Origin: a virus
Reading direction: 5' to 3' (one strand)
Virus record (IMG/VR): IMGVR_UViG_3300029243_000160
Coordinates: 32,001 to 96,000 of that record
DNA length: 64,000 nt
In this document: piece after piece, positions 44,551-54,157 of the stretch
Layout of the letters: each line of letters begins with the position of its first letter
How positions within the stretch are numbered: position 1 is the stretch's first letter
Notes under the pieces: generated by a model
Told to the model about the DNA's origin: nothing
Databases searched by the model: none
Seen by the model: the letters and a program-made list of their open reading frames with translations, nothing else
Position numbers and translations under genes: made by a program

Positions 44551-45603
44551 ATGAGTGACACTTCTTTTTTTAAGAACCATACTATTAAAGTTTCTGTAGA
44601 TAATGTTGACCAGCAGCTAAGACGCTATTTAACTGCTTGCGAAAATGAAAAGGCTACTTATCGCATTGTAGAAGATGCTATTTCTGAACGACTGATACCG
44701 ATAGTAGAAAACATGATGTCAGATGATGCGATGGAAGGTGGTGTTCACCCGATGAAGCATCATACTTATCAGGGACAGCCTGCCCTCTTCTGCTCTCACT
44801 CATGCTATGTTGCGAATTACACCTTTGCGAGAGGATTCGTTTATGATGAACTCAAAAAAATTGGCGATTTGCCGTTTTATGATGCTGGTAATATGATTGA
44901 TGAAGGCAATCGTTTACTGGATATGATTGACGACTTGGAGCAAGGCATGAAATACGAAAGCTTCAACAAGAAGTATTATCGTGTTCCAAAGTTGAAAGGC
45001 GTTGACCGCCTGCTCTCTGGAATAGAGCGTATGGTTGATGATGCAATCAAAAACGATTTCCATTGGAGTAAAGTCTCTGACGTGATGCCTTTTTATAATA
45101 CTGCAACAGGTGAATGCGGAATGTTTGTTGATTTACAGCCGGATAAAAGAATAACAGACTATACGATGTTTCCTTTTTTAAGCCAGAATAGACAAGCGTT
45201 AGGCGTTGGTGTCCCTGCATTAAAAAATGATATGCTGTATATGAATGGGAGCAATCCTGTTCAGCGGTATAATTTACATCTGTTCTTCACACTTACAAAT
45301 CCTTTGAAAAACAAGGAAGAATTTGAATTGAAATATGCGAAATTTGATTTTGTAAGAAAAGATGTTCCTATCAGCGGCATATATATGCTGGATAATTTTG
45401 TTGGCACTGTTGTCGATGTCAATTTATCCGCAGTAAACACAAAAGAATTTGCGTCAAAGCTGTTAAATGACAAGATATTTCACCAAAAATACGCTACACT
45501 TGGCAGCGAAGAAATTGGGAAATATTTTGTAAGAGAGTATGAGGCAGGAATAAAAGCCCTTACTTCAAACGAAAAAGTAATTCAAAGTGAGGTAGAACGA
45601 TGA
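44551..45603 (+). CDS. Hypothetical protein (about 350 aa)
   Basis: Start placed at the ATG preceded by GAAAGGGGA. The track ORF begins at 44482. Confidence 0.6.
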   Translation: MSDTSFFKNHTIKVSVDNVDQQLRRYLTACENEKATYRIVEDAISERLIPIVENMMSDDAMEGGVHPMKHHTYQGQPALFCSHSCYVANYTFARGFVYDELKKIGDLPFYDAGNMIDEGNRLLDMIDDLEQGMKYESFNKKYYRVPKLKGVDRLLSGIERMVDDAIKNDFHWSKVSDVMPFYNTATGECGMFVDLQPDKRITDYTMFPFLSQNRQALGVGVPALKNDMLYMNGSNPVQRYNLHLFFTLTNPLKNKEEFELKYAKFDFVRKDVPISGIYMLDNFVGTVVDVNLSAVNTKEFASKLLNDKIFHQKYATLGSEEIGKYFVREYEAGIKALTSNEKVIQSEVER

Positions 45604-46577
45604 ACGAAGATATGTTCACACTGAATGATGAACGTACCATTCAGGAGATGCTTGACGATTATGACAAGCTAAAAGAAGAAGTTGCTCTTCTGCCCTCTGA
45701 TGTTCCAAAAGAAGAACTTACAGAGAAACAGTCACAACTTTTGGACGACTACGAACAAAATCGTGACTTTTTGAATCACGCACGGAATGCTCTGGATTTT
45801 ACCAGAGCGTCCACTGTGAATATTGTCACTGGAGATGCACGAGAAGGCAATACGCAGGTACAGTCTCTGTACAAAGATGCTGACGAGTACAGTGAAGCTG
45901 TAACAACGCTGACTGCCGGATTTGATGACAGACTATCAGAAGCAATGGAATCCACACGAGAGACCCCAGTGTACAAAGAGCTGGAAATCCCTGTGGGACA
46001 ATTCAATTCCATTGCAAATGCTCCGCTGAACAATCCAGAAATCTCGCAGATGATTGATGAGAAACTTCCGGATAAAGAAGCTGATGTACTTACTGTTGGT
46101 GAAATGGTCGCTGTAATCGACTACACCAACCAGCTTTTTTCTGAATACGATATTCGAGAAGACAGTGTTCTGAAAGATACGATGGACGAGATTCAGCTGA
46201 ATATTGAGTTTGACAAAGCAAATAAACTTTCCGAAGAACGATATGAGCATGAAGCAGAACATTCAGAAGACAAAGAGCGTAACGGCGATGATGAAGTTGT
46301 TATTGTGGAAAGCAGTGATGGCTATGTTATGAATACTTCCGAAGAAATCACTGCTGAGAATTATCACGAGGTTTCCAGTAAAATTGAAAATGGAAATGAA
46401 GTTGTTCACAACGAACCGCCCAGATACACCACCAATGATTTATCCGAAGTTGGCGGTAATATTGAATTGGAAGAGGTTGATGACCTCGGAACAATTGAAG
46501 AGGCTCAGGGTGTTCTCTCCGAAGAAGAACAGGAACAGCAAGAACAAGACAACTCCGATTATGATATGGATAGATAA
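45600..46577 (+). CDS. Highly acidic protein (325 aa)
   Basis: ATGA overlap with the upstream gene. Very Asp/Glu-rich. Confidence 0.6.
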   Translation: MNEDMFTLNDERTIQEMLDDYDKLKEEVALLPSDVPKEELTEKQSQLLDDYEQNRDFLNHARNALDFTRASTVNIVTGDAREGNTQVQSLYKDADEYSEAVTTLTAGFDDRLSEAMESTRETPVYKELEIPVGQFNSIANAPLNNPEISQMIDEKLPDKEADVLTVGEMVAVIDYTNQLFSEYDIREDSVLKDTMDEIQLNIEFDKANKLSEERYEHEAEHSEDKERNGDDEVVIVESSDGYVMNTSEEITAENYHEVSSKIENGNEVVHNEPPRYTTNDLSEVGGNIELEEVDDLGTIEEAQGVLSEEEQEQQEQDNSDYDMDR

Positions 46578-46579
46578 GT

Positions 46580-46605
46580 GCAGGCACTCTCCTGCTATTT
46601 TATTT
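46580..46605 (+). terminator. Rho-independent terminator
   Basis: GCAGG-CACTCT-CCTGC followed by TATTTTATTT. Confidence 0.5.
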
Positions 46606-46612
46606 CGCCACA

Positions 46613-46636
46613 AATAACGGATATTTCGCAGAGTAA
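46613..46636 (+). promoter_or_regulatory. ATAACGGATAT-type motif, copy d
   Basis: ATAACGGATATTTCGCAGAGTAA lies between the terminator and the RBS. No sigma-70 boxes follow. Confidence 0.5.
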
Positions 46637-46655
46637 ATAGAAAGGCGTTGTTTAT

Positions 46656-46946
46656 ATGGAAAAGTTCAATGTAAAAAAGATTGAAAACGCAATTCTTACA
46701 GATTGCCCTGATGATGCAATTCAGGAAGTCATTGAAACGGCTGATATTCCGATTTACGGACAACTATTGCTTGATGTGAACAACAATGACAGTTTTCTGC
46801 ACTTCTCTTTCAGAGCAAGAGATTGCAACATTGTTTATAGCTTCGATGTAATTGGCTTCACCATTTCTCCTGTAGCAGAAAATGATGAGACTGAATATAG
46901 TTTTGAAACAAGTGACGGCACATACACTTTCGTTTGTAAAGATTAA
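46656..46946 (+). CDS. Small hypothetical protein (96 aa)
   Basis: ORF with RBS GAAAGG upstream. Confidence 0.5.
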   Translation: MEKFNVKKIENAILTDCPDDAIQEVIETADIPIYGQLLLDVNNNDSFLHFSFRARDCNIVYSFDVIGFTISPVAENDETEYSFETSDGTYTFVCKD

Positions 46947-46960
46947 GGAAGGAGTACCAC

Positions 46961-49900
46961 ATGGCAAAGAAGAAAATCGAAGATTTCGGCGAAGAAATAT
47001 TCGGTGCAAGAAAACATCTTGCTCAATTGAATCGTGAACTTCGTGCTACAGACATCGGCGATTGGACAGATGCTGAAAGAGAACAAAATGTAACGAAGAA
47101 TACTGCATTCCCGAAAGTTGACTACAAGAAAGAGTATGCAGACGGCAAAGACAGAGAAGTTTTGTATTTCATTAAGACACTTCGTGACAAATTACCTACA
47201 CAGCCGCTTTATCCCTTAAAAAGTCTTTATACGCCAGAACAGCTTCCAGAAGCGAAAAGGCAGGCTCAGGAAGATTATCTGACGACTGTTTCCTATGTGT
47301 ATCAAAAAGCGATGCAGTTGGAAAAGCCAGAGGATTTCAAAAAGTTCTTTAATGAAGTGTCTGCTGCCAAACTCCCTAAGAGCGATAAAATCTTAAAAGA
47401 TGCAAAGAAAGTTCTGGATTTTGACGGTAGATGGGGAGAATACACTTATCAAAGATTTCAGAGCAAACTTGAAAAAAATAAATTCTGCTTTTCCGACAAG
47501 GAAAAATTGCTGAGTAATTATGAGATTTACAAATATGATGGGAAGAACGTCAAACGTGACGAGCAGCTTTCTAAAGCTTATCACAAAGATTACATGAACG
47601 TGTCATTCGGGTACGGTAAGCGAATATTTCTTGCTAATAACGAAACCGAGGCAAACCCTGACAACTGGAAGCAGGACACATATTTTGCGATTGCTAAAAG
47701 CAAAGTAGACTTGATTGCAATGAACATTCCGTCAAGAGAAGCCATAGAAGAAAAACTTGTTGCGATAGAGCAGGAAAAGCCACAGACAGAGAAGACAAAA
47801 AAAGCTGGTAAGAAGGCGTTGAAGCCACTGCAATTACAGCATATCCGACCGACCACAGAAGATTACAGACAGGGTAAGCCCGTGGTTGAAAACGATTTTA
47901 TGAAAGATAGCTCTACTGCTACTTTTCCGTTCCGTGGCGTACAGTTCGGCAACTGGACAAACCAGAATGACAGACAGGAAAATCTGAATATGTCATTTGA
48001 TGCTTTCAAAGACCTTGCCAAAGCTCTGCACATTCACGATGAAGATGTTACCCTTGGTGGACAGCTGGCAATTGCATATGGTGCAAGAGGTCACAGCGGA
48101 GCAGTTGCTCATTACGAACCAGCAGAAAATGTTATCAACCTCACAAAAATGAGAGGTGCTGGCTCTCTGGGACATGAATGGGGACACGCTCTCGACAATT
48201 ATATTGCCAAGCAAATTGGTTCTCATGAGATGTTCGCATCAGATGGTGCTTCGATAGACCACATTTACGGCGTAGATAATCCAATGGTAAATCTGCTGAA
48301 CACAATGAAGTATGACAATAGTGATACTGGCAGAACACAGTTTTATCGTGATGCTAAGGCACTGGACGGTGCTTACAGCACAACAGGAAACCAGAAAGGC
48401 AGCAATAAAAAAGGGCTGTACTGGTCGAGCGAAACAGAAATGTTTGCTCGTGCTTTTGCATCTTATGTACATGATAAATTGGGCGAATCTGATTATCTGG
48501 TAGGTCATTCAGAAGGCAATTATCCCATCACTAAAAAAGATGGGACAGAAACCACAGTTTCCATTTCTCCACAGGGCAAAGAAAGAGAACGCATCAACGA
48601 TGCTTTCGATAAGCTTTTTGAACGGCTGAAAGAAATGGAGATTCTTCATGACAGTGGCAGAGAGCTACCGAAAGAGCAAACGAATACTGTGCAAAAAGAC
48701 GCTCAGGAAGAACAGATTCAGTCCTCTCCTGCTATATCTCCTACCTCTGAAAGCCAAAAAACAAGCACAGAATCCAAACAGACCTTGCAGCAACTTGTTG
48801 AAAATGCAATGCAGAAAGCAAAGATGATGGTCGATGCGGAAAGTTTGAAGGAAGGGGATATTGTTCGCCTTTATGGTGATACCGCCATAGATTCCAGAAC
48901 CATGAAACCTACCGAATTGCCACCAACATATGCAAAAGTGGATTCTGTTAGTGAATCTTCTATCAGTTTCAAAACATATTCTGATGAAGAATGCACAAAA
49001 ATGAATGGTATCAGTTCTTATTTTTCTACACCGGACGAACCGTGGACAAAGAAACTCGCCACACAGGGCTTCGATGTGATTCAGACAAAAGAACAACAGC
49101 TTGCAGAGCAAATGGCTGCTGAACAGGAAACATCACAGCAGAAAGAACGTCCAGTTACAATTACCTGCATTTATTCCGAAAGCCTTGGAATTGAAAGTGG
49201 TAAAACGTATTCCGTATCAGAGTTTGATGCGACCATGAAACAGCTTGACGATGAACGTGTCAGCAACCGCAAAGAAGGCTTGGAAAAGTACGGCAGTGAG
49301 AGGGCTTGGGAGCAACAAGATGAACAGTCTTATTATGCCAGCCTCGGCTATGATAAAACATCATTTACGATAAATTTGAATGACGGCACACAGGAAACTT
49401 TCCGTCAAGACATTGGCGATGGAGATGGTGGTGTCATAGATTTTGTAAAGTCGATTGGCAGAGATGACCTTGCTGAAATTCTCCAGAATGCAGTTGTCGC
49501 CGAACAGCAGATGGCACAGGAACAAGCAGAGCCTGCTCCGGAAGTAACTGAACCGAAAGAAGATGTTCAGAACACAGAACAGGCAGATGCTCAGTCAGCG
49601 ACAAACGACCATTCGTATGAGTATATGCTTCTTGACCGTTTGCGTTCGGACTGTGAATACTTCCTTGGTACAGGCGAAACCGCAGAAAACAATCATCTGT
49701 GTGCTGGTAATCCGGAAGCTCAGATTGAAAAAATGCAGGAGCTTTATGATATGCTCCCTGAAAAACCAGAATGGCTAACACAGGAAGACATCAATCAATA
49801 TGCACAGCAAATGATTCCGGAAAAAGAGGCTGAAAAGACTGAACCACCCTCTCCTGCTGTTTCAGAACAAGAATCTGAAACAAATCGGATTGCTGATGAA

Positions 49901-50539
49901 GCAAGACTTTCTGCTTTAGAAGCACAAAAGACTGCTCTTGACAGCATGATGAAAACGCTGGAAGTCAGCAGAAATGTACTGAATCCGCAGGCAATCACAG
50001 CAATTGAACAGGCTATCGCATCAATCACAGCCGACATTGAACGGCTTTCTGAACCTGATGCGGAAAAGACAGCTCACGCAGAGCAAGAAACGCAGAAAAA
50101 TGCTGAACAGCCTGCTCCAGAACATTCAGAATCTGTTGCAATTGATTGTGATATTGCTGACATCACAAGAACTGATGATGGCTTCTATGAATTTGAGCTG
50201 TCCATTGAGACAGTTGTGGAAGCCTTGAATCGGGCAGCAGACGTTTCCGAAGACCTTCAAAACTTCTTTGTTGAAAATGGTGTGCCGGAAAAGTCAGTAA
50301 TTGAAGCAGATGAACCATATATGGTTTATGGCGAGATGAATCCGGATATTGACGATGGTATTTCCATGCGGTTACAGCTGATAAATCCGGATATTGATGT
50401 AGAAATTCCGCTTTACAAAGAAGAATGCCATGCGTTATCTGAAAAAATTGCAATTCTGGACAAAGCTGAACCAGAGCTGCCGAAGGAAGATAACGAGAAA
50501 GAATTTGTGCAGTTGGAATTTGATTTTGACAAGGAGTGA
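46961..50539 (+). CDS. Large multidomain (polyvalent-type) protein with HExxH zincin metallopeptidase-like domain
   Basis: 1192 aa. GAGSLGHEWGHALDNY with downstream SETEMFARAFASYV is a zincin-like signature of the kind seen in large polyvalent proteins of phages and conjugative elements. Long acidic, low-complexity C-terminal half. Confidence 0.6.
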   Translation: MAKKKIEDFGEEIFGARKHLAQLNRELRATDIGDWTDAEREQNVTKNTAFPKVDYKKEYADGKDREVLYFIKTLRDKLPTQPLYPLKSLYTPEQLPEAKRQAQEDYLTTVSYVYQKAMQLEKPEDFKKFFNEVSAAKLPKSDKILKDAKKVLDFDGRWGEYTYQRFQSKLEKNKFCFSDKEKLLSNYEIYKYDGKNVKRDEQLSKAYHKDYMNVSFGYGKRIFLANNETEANPDNWKQDTYFAIAKSKVDLIAMNIPSREAIEEKLVAIEQEKPQTEKTKKAGKKALKPLQLQHIRPTTEDYRQGKPVVENDFMKDSSTATFPFRGVQFGNWTNQNDRQENLNMSFDAFKDLAKALHIHDEDVTLGGQLAIAYGARGHSGAVAHYEPAENVINLTKMRGAGSLGHEWGHALDNYIAKQIGSHEMFASDGASIDHIYGVDNPMVNLLNTMKYDNSDTGRTQFYRDAKALDGAYSTTGNQKGSNKKGLYWSSETEMFARAFASYVHDKLGESDYLVGHSEGNYPITKKDGTETTVSISPQGKERERINDAFDKLFERLKEMEILHDSGRELPKEQTNTVQKDAQEEQIQSSPAISPTSESQKTSTESKQTLQQLVENAMQKAKMMVDAESLKEGDIVRLYGDTAIDSRTMKPTELPPTYAKVDSVSESSISFKTYSDEECTKMNGISSYFSTPDEPWTKKLATQGFDVIQTKEQQLAEQMAAEQETSQQKERPVTITCIYSESLGIESGKTYSVSEFDATMKQLDDERVSNRKEGLEKYGSERAWEQQDEQSYYASLGYDKTSFTINLNDGTQETFRQDIGDGDGGVIDFVKSIGRDDLAEILQNAVVAEQQMAQEQAEPAPEVTEPKEDVQNTEQADAQSATNDHSYEYMLLDRLRSDCEYFLGTGETAENNHLCAGNPEAQIEKMQELYDMLPEKPEWLTQEDINQYAQQMIPEKEAEKTEPPSPAVSEQESETNRIADEARLSALEAQKTALDSMMKTLEVSRNVLNPQAITAIEQAIASITADIERLSEPDAEKTAHAEQETQKNAEQPAPEHSESVAIDCDIADITRTDDGFYEFELSIETVVEALNRAADVSEDLQNFFVENGVPEKSVIEADEPYMVYGEMNPDIDDGISMRLQLINPDIDVEIPLYKEECHALSEKIAILDKAEPELPKEDNEKEFVQLEFDFDKE

Positions 50540-50545
50540 TATTTT

Positions 50546-51028
50546 ATGGGCAACAGACATGGCTCTATGGGCGTTACAATCAACTATGACGCAGATTTGC
50601 AGGCAAGCGTAGAAACCGCTTCTGTAGATAAAGCAATAGACATTGAAGCTGATTTGAAGGATAAGCTTCAATGTAAAATCAAAGAGAATGAGGGCGTTGA
50701 AGCGACTGTAACTGTAGACTTGGATTACTACGATAAAGTAGACGAGGTTGCTACATTCAACGTCAACATTCAATTTGAAGATGAAGGCACGGTGAAGTTC
50801 GCTGAGTTTGATGGGGACTATTATCAGCCGCCTGATGCTGATGACCTGATTCACGAAGAACGTGATTTAGAAGGTATCATTGATAAGGCAATGGCAGACC
50901 TTGGTTATCCTGATGCAAACGCAGAAATCACTGCTGACAGGTCAGATGACGTGGACAAAATTTTTGAAAAAGCTTATGAATCATACGATAATCCGGAATA
51001 TGATGAAATCGAACCTGACTTTGATTAA
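50546..51028 (+). CDS. Acidic hypothetical protein (160 aa)
   Basis: ORF 6 nt downstream of the previous stop. Confidence 0.55.
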   Translation: MGNRHGSMGVTINYDADLQASVETASVDKAIDIEADLKDKLQCKIKENEGVEATVTVDLDYYDKVDEVATFNVNIQFEDEGTVKFAEFDGDYYQPPDADDLIHEERDLEGIIDKAMADLGYPDANAEITADRSDDVDKIFEKAYESYDNPEYDEIEPDFD

Positions 51029-51055
51029 GCAATAAGAAAGGACAAAAAGACGAGT

Positions 51056-51922
51056 ATGTGGACGAAAACAAGCGTTGACGCTTCAAATGCCACTGCTTCG
51101 CAAATCTATTCTCCGGAAGAGGCACAAGAAATTCTGGCAATGCAGGATAAAGCTCTGATGCGGAATCCAAAAGAATATGAATTGACCGATGCAGAATGGA
51201 ATCGAATCCCTTTGAACTATGCAACGCTTGTTGCTTCACATGAGTTCAGAGATGAAGAAACAAACAAGAATTACATTGACCAGTTGTTCCAGCTGAATGA
51301 TAAGTATTATCACTCTGCTACTGATACAGAGTGGAACTTGGAAATTTACAAAGAGCTGAATCGTGATGCAGCCGAAGATTTGCTTCGAGATTCTTCTTTG
51401 GAACTTACAGATGCAGGAAAAAAACTTTTTCCTGATATTCCTGTAATTTCTGATAAAGGAACGGTATTGACCTTCCCAGAAGAATCATTAAAAGACGAAG
51501 AACCGATTGACTTTTCAAACGTAGAAATGGAACGGTTTAGCGAAACGGAAAAAGGCAGCTATCTTCTGATGCCGACCGCAGAATTGCTTGACCAGATTCT
51601 TGACCGTATGTCAACTGTAAATGTTGTAGTATCAAAAAAAGAAGCTACGCTTCCAATGCCGAAACGTGAAGAACTTGATGAGAGTGAGTGTATTCTGTAT
51701 GTAGATACTAACGAAGAGCAAACCGCAGCTGACCTTCACTTTGCTGACCCGAAATCTGGCTTTCAAACTGCTGTTCCGCTTTTGCAACCAGAAGAAGCGA
51801 CATTGATAGCAATTGCCAACAATTTAGAAAAGCAAATTGAAAATTTCGAGAAAGCAATTGATGTTGTTGCTGATGCAATCAACACACACGCTACAGAACA
51901 AGATGCTATTGAAAAAGCATAG
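51056..51922 (+). CDS. Acidic hypothetical protein (288 aa)
   Basis: ORF in the operon. Carries one copy of the (V/I)PL module near the C-terminus. Confidence 0.55.
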   Translation: MWTKTSVDASNATASQIYSPEEAQEILAMQDKALMRNPKEYELTDAEWNRIPLNYATLVASHEFRDEETNKNYIDQLFQLNDKYYHSATDTEWNLEIYKELNRDAAEDLLRDSSLELTDAGKKLFPDIPVISDKGTVLTFPEESLKDEEPIDFSNVEMERFSETEKGSYLLMPTAELLDQILDRMSTVNVVVSKKEATLPMPKREELDESECILYVDTNEEQTAADLHFADPKSGFQTAVPLLQPEEATLIAIANNLEKQIENFEKAIDVVADAINTHATEQDAIEKA

Positions 51923-51936
51923 AAAGGAAATACTTT

Positions 51937-53421
51937 ATGGAAAACGAAAGCAAAATCATGTTGGACGAAAATGCCGGAATCATGATTGATGACGGAAAGA
52001 TAAATGCTGTTGCCTTTCTTTTTGATGCACAGTACAAGGAATTTGCCGAACGTACAAACTTACTGAAAGACGCTGAGGCTACCTTTGAAGAGCTTCTGGA
52101 AGACGGCGACACATTTCTTGATATGTACGTCAATTTTTCGCCGAACGGTGAAGTGTCTGCAACATTGAATATGCAGAGTGACACTTATGGCTACGAAAGC
52201 TATGCTGTACCGTTGGAAGACAACGAAAAACAGGCGTTAAAGAACGAACTTGACCGTATTGCCAGATACAATGAAATGACAATTGATGAATTGATGGAAG
52301 AAGCAATGGCTACGGTTCAAGTCAGAAATATGTTGGTAAATGAGGACGGCAATCTCTTTGCCACGATGGAAGTGAATCGTTCTCGTATGGAAGAGATGCT
52401 AAATGATGCCAACTCGCCCTTGCTGAAAGGAAAAGACATTCACGAGCTGGTTTATTTCAATGATGCAGCCTCTCCTATTTTGACAGCAGAAATAAATCGT
52501 GATGAATCCGTGCAGGCTTCTGCAATCATGAGGGACGGTTACGAGGAAATTGAAGTACCCTTGTCTCTTGATGATAATACAATTGCAGAAATCAAAGATG
52601 CTGTCAAAGAAAACGTGGAACAGAGCCTTGATGTTTCTGTCCAGCATTTTTTTGAAACTGCCGAGCCGAATCATAATTACTCGCAGGAAGAAGTTCATGC
52701 TCTTGCCGAAACGGTCGGTAAATTCGTGACAGCATATCAGGAGTATCAAGAGCCGGAAAAAGAATTTTCTCTGGAAAAGAATATTCAGCGTATCGAAGAG
52801 GGACTTACTTCTCCGGAAATTCTGCCTAGACTTACTGCGGAACTGGACAAAGCGATTGATGTTTCGCAACGGACAACCAGTGAAGGCATCTTCCTTCTTC
52901 CTGACAGAATCGTGGAACAGGCAGTAGAAGTTGCACAGCAGATGGAAATGTACACAAAACCGCTGGAATTTGAAAAAAGCGAGATTGTACAGTTTGACAG
53001 CGAAGTTATTATGGACACCGAGACTGCCGATGGAGAAACAAAGGCAACCATCAATCTGGCGTTGTACATGACAGACGATTTTATGGAACAGGCTCTGGAC
53101 AGAGCCGGAGCTTTTGAGCTTGGCAATCCATCATATCAGGCAGAGAATTTTGAAACACTGATGTATGATGCAGACGGTGCTTTTAAGACAGCAGTCAACG
53201 GATATATTGACATCAATCAGGATAAAGAAGTTTCCTTTACACTGTATACCAGCGATGATGTGGAACTTACTGTTCCACTTTCTGACACAGAGCAGCGTAT
53301 TGTTCTGGACGAGGCAGACAAGTATATTCAGAAAGAAAATGGTGTAACACTTGACCAGAATCTTGACGAAGCAATAAAAGAATCAAAAGAATTGTCAGAG
53401 ATTGATGAACCAGAGATTTGA
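51937..53421 (+). CDS. Acidic protein with three copies of a ~60-aa (V/I)PL module (494 aa)
   Basis: Internal repeats: ...EVSATLNMQSDTYGYESYAVPLEDNEKQALKNELD; ...VQASAIMRDGYEEIEVPLSLDDNTIAEIKDAV; ...EVSFTLYTSDDVELTVPLSDTEQRIVLDEAD. Confidence 0.6.
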   Translation: MENESKIMLDENAGIMIDDGKINAVAFLFDAQYKEFAERTNLLKDAEATFEELLEDGDTFLDMYVNFSPNGEVSATLNMQSDTYGYESYAVPLEDNEKQALKNELDRIARYNEMTIDELMEEAMATVQVRNMLVNEDGNLFATMEVNRSRMEEMLNDANSPLLKGKDIHELVYFNDAASPILTAEINRDESVQASAIMRDGYEEIEVPLSLDDNTIAEIKDAVKENVEQSLDVSVQHFFETAEPNHNYSQEEVHALAETVGKFVTAYQEYQEPEKEFSLEKNIQRIEEGLTSPEILPRLTAELDKAIDVSQRTTSEGIFLLPDRIVEQAVEVAQQMEMYTKPLEFEKSEIVQFDSEVIMDTETADGETKATINLALYMTDDFMEQALDRAGAFELGNPSYQAENFETLMYDADGAFKTAVNGYIDINQDKEVSFTLYTSDDVELTVPLSDTEQRIVLDEADKYIQKENGVTLDQNLDEAIKESKELSEIDEPEI

Positions 53422-53442
53422 TTTTTGTACACCTAACCAAAA

Positions 53443-53453
53443 ATAACGGATAT
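53443..53453 (+). promoter_or_regulatory. ATAACGGATAT-type motif, copy e
   Basis: ATAACGGATATGTATTGACAGTAACGGATT. The motif abuts the -35 box, and a second TAACGGAT lies in the spacer. Confidence 0.55.
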
Positions 53454-53456
53454 GTA

Positions 53457-53486
53457 TTGACAGTAACGGATTGTTTGTGCTATAAT
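53457..53486 (+). promoter_or_regulatory. Consensus sigma-70 promoter with TGn-extended -10
   Basis: TTGACA (53457-53462), 18 nt, TATAAT (53481-53486), preceded by TGC. Confidence 0.7.
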
Positions 53487-53492
53487 ATAAAG

Positions 53493-53724
53493 GAAGTATA
53501 TAGTAGCACTTCTATGCTGTCCAATCCGTGACGGCAGATAATGATACAAATGCGGTAGCACCTTCACAAGGGAAGGAAAGTCCGATTATATTATTTATTA
53601 GCTGTTACCTGCTGTTCTTTTCTTGTCACGCAACATTTGTGAATGGAAAGAGCAAAACATCAGCAGGCTTAATAAATATACAAAGGACGTTCTGAGAATC
53701 ATTTTCTGAGAGCGTCCTTTTTCT
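53493..53724 (+). promoter_or_regulatory. Structured 5' leader L2 (paralogue of L1)
   Basis: Carries ATGCGGTAGCACCTT (53550-53564), a CCTT...AAGG hairpin plus AAAGTCCG, the long-range stem CCTGCTG...CAGCAGG, and the AGGACG...CGTCCT hairpin followed by TTTTCTT (53684-53724). Confidence 0.45.
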
Positions 53725-53735
53725 TAACCTCAAAA

Positions 53736-53759
53736 ATAACGGATATTTTACAGAGTAAT
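53736..53759 (+). promoter_or_regulatory. ATAACGGATAT-type motif, copy f
   Basis: ATAACGGATATTTTACAGAGTAAT lies directly upstream of the RBS AAAGGAG of the 53777 gene. Confidence 0.5.
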
Positions 53760-53776
53760 CAAAAAGGAGTGACACC

Positions 53777-54157
53777 ATGAAAAACACAGTTGACCTATTT
53801 CGCATCTTCCAGCACGAACAGAAACGTGTTGGCGATAGCATGACAGTTTACTACAACATTGAAGAAAATTCCCTGCAATACAAAAACACCAAAGGCACTC
53901 TCACAGTGATATTTCATGCTTCTGATGCAGGCGAAGATTTCTATTATCAGAAGTTCGGGGAGCTTGTTTCAGAAAATGGCAAAAAGCTCGGAATCCTTGT
54001 GCAGAAAACTTATCATAACGGACAAAATGCACATTTGTTTCAAAACCCGATGACTGGCGGCTTGAAAATGTTTGAGATTCCGCAGGAGTTCATTGATATT
54101 GCAAGAGCATATCAATTCGACCGTGAATCTATTGGCTTGAAAGGAGAAACTGCATGA
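53777..54157 (+). CDS. Hypothetical protein (126 aa)
   Basis: Strong RBS AAAGGAG. ATGA overlap with the next gene. Confidence 0.6.
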   Translation: MKNTVDLFRIFQHEQKRVGDSMTVYYNIEENSLQYKNTKGTLTVIFHASDAGEDFYYQKFGELVSENGKKLGILVQKTYHNGQNAHLFQNPMTGGLKMFEIPQEFIDIARAYQFDRESIGLKGETA

